Source: a virus (lineage: Duplodnaviria; Caudoviricetes). From it: DNA of 54,702 bases. This document shows, one piece after another, positions 49,024-54,702 of the stretch (its first letter is position 1; every line of letters begins with the position of its first letter). The position numbers were made by a program, and so were the translations under genes. The stretch is taken from IMG/VR virus record IMGVR_UViG_3300030430_001000, positions 1-54,702 of that record; one strand, given 5' to 3'. Below the pieces are notes generated by a model. The model was not told the origin of the DNA and did not search any database. It saw nothing but the letters and a program-made list of their open reading frames with translations.

Positions 49024-49926
49024 ATGTTAGATTTTGTAAACAGTAATTATACTACATCAGAAACAATTTGGAACAGTGTAGAAAGTCAATTACCTGACGA
49101 CATTAAATTTTCTGTAGGCTATGAACCTACTAAAATGTACGGTAAAAGATACGTTATTAACAGAAGAAAAGATGAAGTCATTGGAATTGTAGGTGACAAA
49201 TTTAATACAGTAACACACTCAAAGTTTTTTGAAACTGTTGTAACACACGCAATACAAAAAGTAATTAGTTTAGGTATATCATTACATCTTTTAGAAAATA
49301 TGGAAGTGGTTTGTCAGACTGGTAGAAACAATGCTTTTGTTATGTTACAGTTAATTTTTCCTGACTGGAAATATGAAATTACCACACGTAATCACGCAAC
49401 CGATATTGCACAGAGATTTATTTTTCTACATGGTGTAGATGGTTTATGCTCTAATCAATTTTTTGGTGGTGCAATAGATATGTTCTGCTTAAATGGTCAA
49501 GTTTTAGGTGACTATGAAAAAGTTAGAAGAAAAAATACTACAGGTTTTTCTATTAAAAACTTTGGTTCTGAAGTGCAAGAATGTATTAAGTCATTTAATA
49601 ACAATGCAATTAAACTACAAAAATGGGCAGACAAAACACTTGACCACGTAAATGTAGAGGAAGTTGTTAAAAAGTTATTGAAGTCAGACAATAAAGCAGA
49701 AAAAATGTATGCTTTATATCGTCAAGAAGTTTCTAACAGAGGTAACAATATGTTTGCTCTGTATTCTGCACTAACTAATTACAGTTCGTATGCAGACACT
49801 AGAAATGGTTTTGCCCTTCGCAATACTTCTGGTGGTAGAAATGACACTCACAATATGTTTAAGCGAGAACTTGAAGTATCAAAATGGACACACTCAGATA
49901 CTTGGAAGTCACTTGAAGTAGCTTAA
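49024..49926 (+). CDS. DUF932-like early protein
   Basis: IGIVGDKF..VTH, HGVDG, FCLNGQ, MFALYSALT pattern. Confidence 0.65.
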   Translation: MLDFVNSNYTTSETIWNSVESQLPDDIKFSVGYEPTKMYGKRYVINRRKDEVIGIVGDKFNTVTHSKFFETVVTHAIQKVISLGISLHLLENMEVVCQTGRNNAFVMLQLIFPDWKYEITTRNHATDIAQRFIFLHGVDGLCSNQFFGGAIDMFCLNGQVLGDYEKVRRKNTTGFSIKNFGSEVQECIKSFNNNAIKLQKWADKTLDHVNVEEVVKKLLKSDNKAEKMYALYRQEVSNRGNNMFALYSALTNYSSYADTRNGFALRNTSGGRNDTHNMFKRELEVSKWTHSDTWKSLEVA

Positions 49927-49944
49927 TATTACACCCACCCATTA

Positions 49945-49974
49945 TGGAAGTGTTACAAAACTGTGGCACTTCCA
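49945..49974 (+). promoter_or_regulatory. Intergenic hairpin directly before an RBS
   Basis: TGGAAGTGTTACA-AAAC-TGTGGCACTTCCA then GAAAGGAAC. Confidence 0.55.
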
Positions 49975-49990
49975 GAAAGGAACATAATAA

Positions 49991-50125
49991 ATGACTACAC
50001 TTAAAACAATATGTTATGTATGTAATAAAAGAGAAGCAGTAATTATAGAAAATGATACAAACTATATCTGTGCGAAGTGTAAATTAAAAGAATGGTTTAA
50101 AGAAAAGGAGAATGAAAATGGCTAA
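49991..50125 (+). CDS. Small zinc-finger protein (44 aa, not in ORF track)
   Basis: CYVC...CAKC; RBS present. Confidence 0.55.
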   Translation: MTTLKTICYVCNKREAVIIENDTNYICAKCKLKEWFKEKENENG

Positions 50126-50423
50126 TAAGTACTACACAGTAGAATTAACAGAGAAACAATATAATCATATTCATAATGCTTTGAATTGTTATGAGCATGA
50201 TGTTCATATCGAAAAATTATCTGGGCAAATACAGTTGCATAATGCAACAGTTAAAGCTCTAGAAAACTATGGAGTAAGTTCTTGTAGGGAGAAAAAAAGA
50301 ATTGATACATTTTTTTTAAAAATAAAGAAAGAAAATCAAAATAATAAGTTTCGTAGCTTTGATGATATTTTTACTAGCAATGGTTTTGCCCTTCGCAATA
50401 CTTCTGGTGGTAGAGGAGAATGA
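50112..50423 (+). CDS. Early hypothetical protein (mosaic)
   Basis: AGGAG RBS; carries segments copied from neighbouring genes. Confidence 0.6.
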   Translation: MKMANKYYTVELTEKQYNHIHNALNCYEHDVHIEKLSGQIQLHNATVKALENYGVSSCREKKRIDTFFLKIKKENQNNKFRSFDDIFTSNGFALRNTSGGRGE

Positions 50424-50623
50424 AAATGACTAAGGATATAAATTTGATAGATGGTGACTACACACTTGTAGATGGGAGTGCATGGTTCACAGTCAATAAA
50501 TTTTCTGTGCGTATTCATTCGACAGACGAGGGAATTATCACCGACATTTTCGCAGTTGGTAAAGAAAACGAGAACGTTATTGCTTCTACCTATGCCTTCG
50601 ACCACGAGTGTGAGGAGGATTGA
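50420..50623 (+). CDS. Early hypothetical protein
   Basis: Coupled ORF with RBS; acidic. Confidence 0.65.
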   Translation: MKMTKDINLIDGDYTLVDGSAWFTVNKFSVRIHSTDEGIITDIFAVGKENENVIASTYAFDHECEED

Positions 50624-50940
50624 GAATGAAAATGACTAATGATTATCAAAAAACTTTTTTTGCGAGATGCATTGAAGACCTAAAAATCCCAGAAGGTTGG
50701 GAAGATTGTAGTTGGGTCAATGATGCTTGCCCGAGCTTTTACACTAATGGGTATCAAATTTTTGTAGACCATGCAGACCCAAAACAAAGGGAAGTTGGAG
50801 AGGATTCTTTGAGATTTTCAATATTCCTAAAAGCTGAATATGGAGTCGGTGGTTGGTGTATTCAATCGGATGACATAGAAGAAATTATAAAAGAAACAAA
50901 GGTATCTATTCTTAATAGACCTAAAGAATTTAGTGTTTGA
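50620..50940 (+). CDS. Early hypothetical protein
   Basis: WEDCSWVNDACPSF motif. Confidence 0.7.
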   Translation: MRMKMTNDYQKTFFARCIEDLKIPEGWEDCSWVNDACPSFYTNGYQIFVDHADPKQREVGEDSLRFSIFLKAEYGVGGWCIQSDDIEEIIKETKVSILNRPKEFSV

Positions 50941-50964
50941 AAATGAAGAATGGGAGAATGAAAA

Positions 50965-51198
50965 ATGTACGAGCAATTAAATAGACAATTCAAAGGAAGC
51001 GAATCTAAAGATGAGGAATGGTACAAACTTATTGAAATTGAAAATGACCCAACGAAAAAAAGAAATGAGAAAGTCGAGTTTTGTATATACATGAATAAAA
51101 TTTCTGACAATTCTTGGAGGTGGTTAGAAAAATCAAACGACAAAGAACTTGAAAGTGAATTTAATTATTGGACAGAAGAGATGAAACCATGCAGTTAA
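50965..51198 (+). CDS. Early hypothetical protein
   Basis: GGAG RBS; intact ORF. Confidence 0.6.
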   Translation: MYEQLNRQFKGSESKDEEWYKLIEIENDPTKKRNEKVEFCIYMNKISDNSWRWLEKSNDKELESEFNYWTEEMKPCS

Positions 51199-51247
51199 TT
51201 TATAACAAATATTATTATAATCCTTTAGGTAAAGGAGAGGTTTATAA

Positions 51248-51520
51248 ATGTATAAATATATTATTACCTATCATAATTTAATTGAAGCTGAAAATATAGA
51301 TGATGCGTATGAGCAACACTCTATAGATAAAGATAACCTTAACAAGTTTTTTTTACAACGCATTACAAAAAAGTATGATACAACTAATGACAGTACGTTA
51401 AAGAGTATATTAAATAACTTGGTTGAACACTTATCAACAAAAGGAATTTATGAGAGAAAAGCAATACTAGACCTACCAATAGGTTACATTTTAAAAAGAA
51501 AGGAAAAAGAACATGAATAA
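51248..51520 (+). CDS. Hypothetical protein
   Basis: AAGGAGAGG RBS; overlaps the next gene. Confidence 0.6.
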   Translation: MYKYIITYHNLIEAENIDDAYEQHSIDKDNLNKFFLQRITKKYDTTNDSTLKSILNNLVEHLSTKGIYERKAILDLPIGYILKRKEKEHE

Positions 51521-51920
51521 AGACAACCCAAATTTAAAACGCATTACGTTATTAGCTGAAGATGAAAGATTTAAAACTGTACCATTACTATTTAATCTAA
51601 CTGAAGAACAGAATAAAGAATGGCAAGATAGATTTCTTATTAGTAATTATGGTAGGATTATAAGTAAAAAAAATGGCAAGTGTTTAAAGTTAGGTCAAAC
51701 TCAGAGAGGTAAGTACAAAATTTTTGCCACGAAAATTGGTGGTAGAACAAAGTCACAAAAAGTTATTGACGATAAACAAAAAGGTAAAGACTTATGTGTG
51801 CGTGTACATAGACTTGTAGCAATTAGTTTTATACCTAACACGAATGGTGAACTAAAAAACGTAGGACATTTAGATAAAGATAGAAATAATAATTCTGCTA
51901 GAAATTTATATTGGAAATAA
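51513..51920 (+). CDS. NUMOD4/HNH homing endonuclease-like protein
   Basis: ISNYGRI, VHRLVAISFIPN, VGHLDKDRNNNSARNLYW. Confidence 0.8.
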   Translation: MNKDNPNLKRITLLAEDERFKTVPLLFNLTEEQNKEWQDRFLISNYGRIISKKNGKCLKLGQTQRGKYKIFATKIGGRTKSQKVIDDKQKGKDLCVRVHRLVAISFIPNTNGELKNVGHLDKDRNNNSARNLYWK

Positions 51921-52034
51921 AAATGAACATTAGAAATTTACAAGTACAGATTTTACTAGGTATTGTTATACTTGCGTACCTGTTTGAGAGATTTGTATAT
52001 AGCAGACTAAATTTATTTTAATAAAGGAGAGGTT

Positions 52035-52265
52035 ATGGCAAATAAACAACTCTATGTGTGTGAGATATGTTCATCAAGCAATGTCGTATTTCATGCTGAA
52101 GTCATGTGGCATTGGGAACTACAGGACTTTATGGTTGTAGGTGAAACACAAAAAGCTAAATGTTTATCTTGTAATTCAAACATAAATGGCTTACTGTTAG
52201 AAACAAAGGAACTAAAGGAAAAGGAAAAAAGTTATGAAGAAATTAGTAGTCGTGTCGTTATGTGA
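52035..52265 (+). CDS. Small zinc-ribbon protein
   Basis: CEICSS...CLSC; AAGGAGAGG RBS. Confidence 0.6.
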   Translation: MANKQLYVCEICSSSNVVFHAEVMWHWELQDFMVVGETQKAKCLSCNSNINGLLLETKELKEKEKSYEEISSRVVM

Positions 52266-53259
52266 CGGCATATCATGTGGACAAATAGCACTTAACAAAA
52301 TAGGATATGATTGGTTAGAGTACCATGCATTTGAAACAGACAAGTACGCAAGTGCCGTTGCAAAGTACAACAATAAATCAATGTATCAACATGGTGATGT
52401 AAGAAATTATCTAGGTGTATATGACAAATATTTGTATGCACGTAATGTAGATTTATTTTTATCTGGCTTTCCTTGTCAGCCGTACTCTGTAGCTTCAAAG
52501 AAGAGGTTAGGTACTGAAGACGAAAGAGATTTATCAACTATTGTATTTGACGCAATAAAACTATTCAGACCTAAGTATTTTTTGATAGAGAACGTGCCAA
52601 TGAAAAAGACAGACCAAGATAGAATCTCAAAAGAATTAGGTGTAGAACCTGTTGTTATCAACTCGGCTGATTTTTCTGCACAAAATCGCAAGAGATTATA
52701 TTGGACAAACATACCTGTTTCTAAATGGACAGACAAAGGCATTGTTTTAAATGATATTGTAGAGGAGGGTTTTGTTGACAGAAACAAGTCACATTGCCTA
52801 GACGCAAACTATCATAAAGGTGGAAATCTAAAAAGCTATTTTAATAAACATAGAAGACAACTTGTATTCAGCAACATGGAAACTTCAAAGTGTAAACAAG
52901 TCGGAGTAGCTGACTTAAAAGGACATGACATTTTAAAACGTGTATACTGTACTTCTGGTAAAGCACCTACTGTAAATGCCATGACAGGTGGAAACAGAGA
53001 ACCTAAGATTGTCTGTGGTTCTATTAAAAAAGACAATGTACTTGTTGACAATAAAAAGATGTATTGGAGAGCATTAACACCATTGGAATGTGAAAGACTA
53101 CAGACAATTCCTGACGGCTATACTTCAAAAGGTGACTTCAATATTACAACCATAGACACTGACGTAAAAGACATTAGCAACCATCAAAGATATAAACAGG
53201 TAGGTAATGGTTGGACAGTAGACGTTGTTGCACACATACTGAAAGGCATGAACGCATGA
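52234..53259 (+). CDS. DNA (cytosine-5) methyltransferase
   Basis: SLCDGI, GFPCQ, IENV, QNRKRLYW, ECERLQ, GNGW motifs in order. Confidence 0.93.
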   Translation: MKKLVVVSLCDGISCGQIALNKIGYDWLEYHAFETDKYASAVAKYNNKSMYQHGDVRNYLGVYDKYLYARNVDLFLSGFPCQPYSVASKKRLGTEDERDLSTIVFDAIKLFRPKYFLIENVPMKKTDQDRISKELGVEPVVINSADFSAQNRKRLYWTNIPVSKWTDKGIVLNDIVEEGFVDRNKSHCLDANYHKGGNLKSYFNKHRRQLVFSNMETSKCKQVGVADLKGHDILKRVYCTSGKAPTVNAMTGGNREPKIVCGSIKKDNVLVDNKKMYWRALTPLECERLQTIPDGYTSKGDFNITTIDTDVKDISNHQRYKQVGNGWTVDVVAHILKGMNA

Positions 53260-53447
53260 TGAAAAATTCTGAACTGTTAAGGGAGAAATTTTTTAGTAGC
53301 TATCTTAAAAACTTTAAAGAAGGTTGTGAAGATGCTTTGAAAAATGGATATCAAACTGACTATAAAAAAGGTCATGGCTATGCAGAGGGTTACACGTTTG
53401 GTATAGAAATATTTATAGACATTATGGGATTTGACGAAGACGCATGA
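53256..53447 (+). CDS. Hypothetical protein
   Basis: ATGA-coupled to the MTase; track start 53211. Confidence 0.55.
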   Translation: MMKNSELLREKFFSSYLKNFKEGCEDALKNGYQTDYKKGHGYAEGYTFGIEIFIDIMGFDEDA

Positions 53448-53620
53448 ACCTAGAGTATGTACGTAAAGAATTAGCTAACCCAAAAAGTAGAGACGTTATG
53501 AATTATTTACATAAAGAAGTAACACAAGGTTGGTTGGTTCTTTATTTACTACACGTAATGACACATGAGCAATACGACGATTTAAAAAGACGCATTAGAA
53601 AAAAGATTGGAGAGGTGTAA
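53444..53620 (+). CDS. Small hypothetical protein (58 aa, not in ORF track)
   Basis: ATGA and TAATG coupling on both sides. Confidence 0.55.
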   Translation: MNLEYVRKELANPKSRDVMNYLHKEVTQGWLVLYLLHVMTHEQYDDLKRRIRKKIGEV

Positions 53621-53820
53621 TGATTAAAAAAATAAATCCAGTAGCTAGAGATATGTTGAGGAACAGGAAAAGTCCACAAGTTGTTCCTGACAAAAAGAAA
53701 AACGTGAAGCCCAGCATTGAAGAAAGTCTTGAAGCATATCAGTCTTACTACAGTGATGACGACCCACATGACGAAATGTTACCACCATTAAAACCTAAGA
53801 AAAAAGGTAAAACAAAATGA
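53620..53820 (+). CDS. Hypothetical protein
   Basis: INPVAR...VVPDKKK; GGAGAGG RBS. Confidence 0.6.
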   Translation: MIKKINPVARDMLRNRKSPQVVPDKKKNVKPSIEESLEAYQSYYSDDDPHDEMLPPLKPKKKGKTK

Positions 53821-54005
53821 CTGAGTTAGAACTTATTAGAAAAATTATACCACAACAATATAAAAAAACAAAAGAGTCTGTGATTTCACACAACTTATCA
53901 CCTTCAGTAATTAATCAAACAAGAAAGCAAAAAAACTTTGATGAGTTATTTAGATTGATTAAAGTAGAGGTTGAGTTGTCTACACAAAAAAGGAAAGTAA
54001 AATGA
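53817..54005 (+). CDS. Hypothetical protein
   Basis: ATGA-coupled. Confidence 0.55.
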   Translation: MTELELIRKIIPQQYKKTKESVISHNLSPSVINQTRKQKNFDELFRLIKVEVELSTQKRKVK

Positions 54006-54175
54006 TAGCATCTGCACCCACAGTTTTTTATAGATACTATGTAGAATTTATTGACGACAATTCTCAATGGGAAGGTATTAAACATAGGGCAATGTATATG
54101 TACGCAACGAGTGAACTAAACGTCAAAGAAATATTAAAGGAGTATAGAGTTACTTTAATAGACAAAACAGATTAA
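54002..54175 (+). CDS. Small hypothetical protein (57 aa, not in ORF track)
   Basis: AAGGA RBS; ATGA-coupled. Confidence 0.5.
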   Translation: MIASAPTVFYRYYVEFIDDNSQWEGIKHRAMYMYATSELNVKEILKEYRVTLIDKTD

Positions 54176-54190
54176 TGAAAGGGGAACAAC

Positions 54191-54610
54191 ATGTTAACAA
54201 CAGGTTTAATTTGTCTAGCCATGAATGTATATTGGGAAGCTAGGTCACAAAGTACAGCAGGACAAGTGGCTGTCGCACAAGTAGTAATTAATAGAGTCAA
54301 CGACAGTAGATTTCCAGACAATATCTGTGACGTTGTTACGCAAGGTGTTAAACATGTAGGTTCTGATACACCTGTAAAACACAAGTGTCAATTTAGTTGG
54401 TATTGTGACGGCTTAAAGGACGAGCCTACTGACGACTCGGCATGGGCAAAGGCATTGGTGGTGGCAGTAACTGTACATGACGGCAAAACAATAGACATTT
54501 TAGATGGTGCTACACATTATCATGCGACCTCAGTAAATCCTGAGTGGGCAGTAACCAAAACAAAAACAACTCGCATTGACAATCACATATTTTATAGATG
54601 GGAAAAGTGA
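54191..54610 (+). CDS. SleB-like cell wall hydrolase (Hydrolase_2)
   Basis: CLAMNVYWEAR, VVINRV..FP, CQFSWYCDG, GATHYH, HIFY. Confidence 0.9.
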   Translation: MLTTGLICLAMNVYWEARSQSTAGQVAVAQVVINRVNDSRFPDNICDVVTQGVKHVGSDTPVKHKCQFSWYCDGLKDEPTDDSAWAKALVVAVTVHDGKTIDILDGATHYHATSVNPEWAVTKTKTTRIDNHIFYRWEK

Positions 54611-54702
54611 AATGCCTTATATTTGTAAAGAAAAACAAAGAATATATAAACGAGAATACTATCAAAATAATAAAGAAAGAATACAAGAATATCGTAAGAA
54701 TT
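54603..54702. repeat. Terminal overlap with 1-100 (circular assembly)
   Basis: Direct repeat of the window start; the SleB stop overlaps the HNH start region across the join. Confidence 0.95.

Noticed and set aside
51923-52021. 32-aa hydrophobic ORF
   Set aside because: Weak RBS and too short to support without homology
1-54702. tRNA genes, introns/inteins and genetic code reassignment
   Set aside because: No cloverleaf was seen; polymerase, RNR and terminase are uninterrupted and of ordinary size under the standard code

Overview
The window is an apparently complete, circularly permuted, AT-rich podovirus genome of about 54.6 kb. Bases 1-100 recur at 54603-54702 with one mismatch, which indicates assembly overlap. 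Gene content and order match HMO-2011-type marine phages: tyrosine recombinase, separate primase and helicase, a family A DNA polymerase with a DnaJ-type CxxCxGxG zinc-finger insert, T7-like endonuclease I, class II RNR, MazG, and no phage RNA polymerase. There are two arms. The + strand early/replication arm runs 46773 to the end and on through 1-12235. The - strand late arm (46042 down to 12236) encodes small basic proteins, lysis, terminase, portal, scaffold, capsid, tail, fibres and internal virion proteins. The arms diverge from an AT-rich non-coding region (46043-46772) that probably holds the physical genome end. No tRNA, rRNA or CRISPR array was seen. The most unusual observations are: (1) a 26-bp RNA hairpin inside the primase gene whose 25-nt loop is complementary to the ribosome-binding sites of the phage's own early genes; (2) arrays of an ACACT-N3-AGTGT palindrome shared between the recombinase/primase junction and the late-promoter region; (3) early genes patched together from 20-41 bp pieces of neighbouring genes; (4) a hydrophobic-x-x-G-G motif repeated across several late proteins. 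All functional calls come from motif recognition by eye, with no database search.
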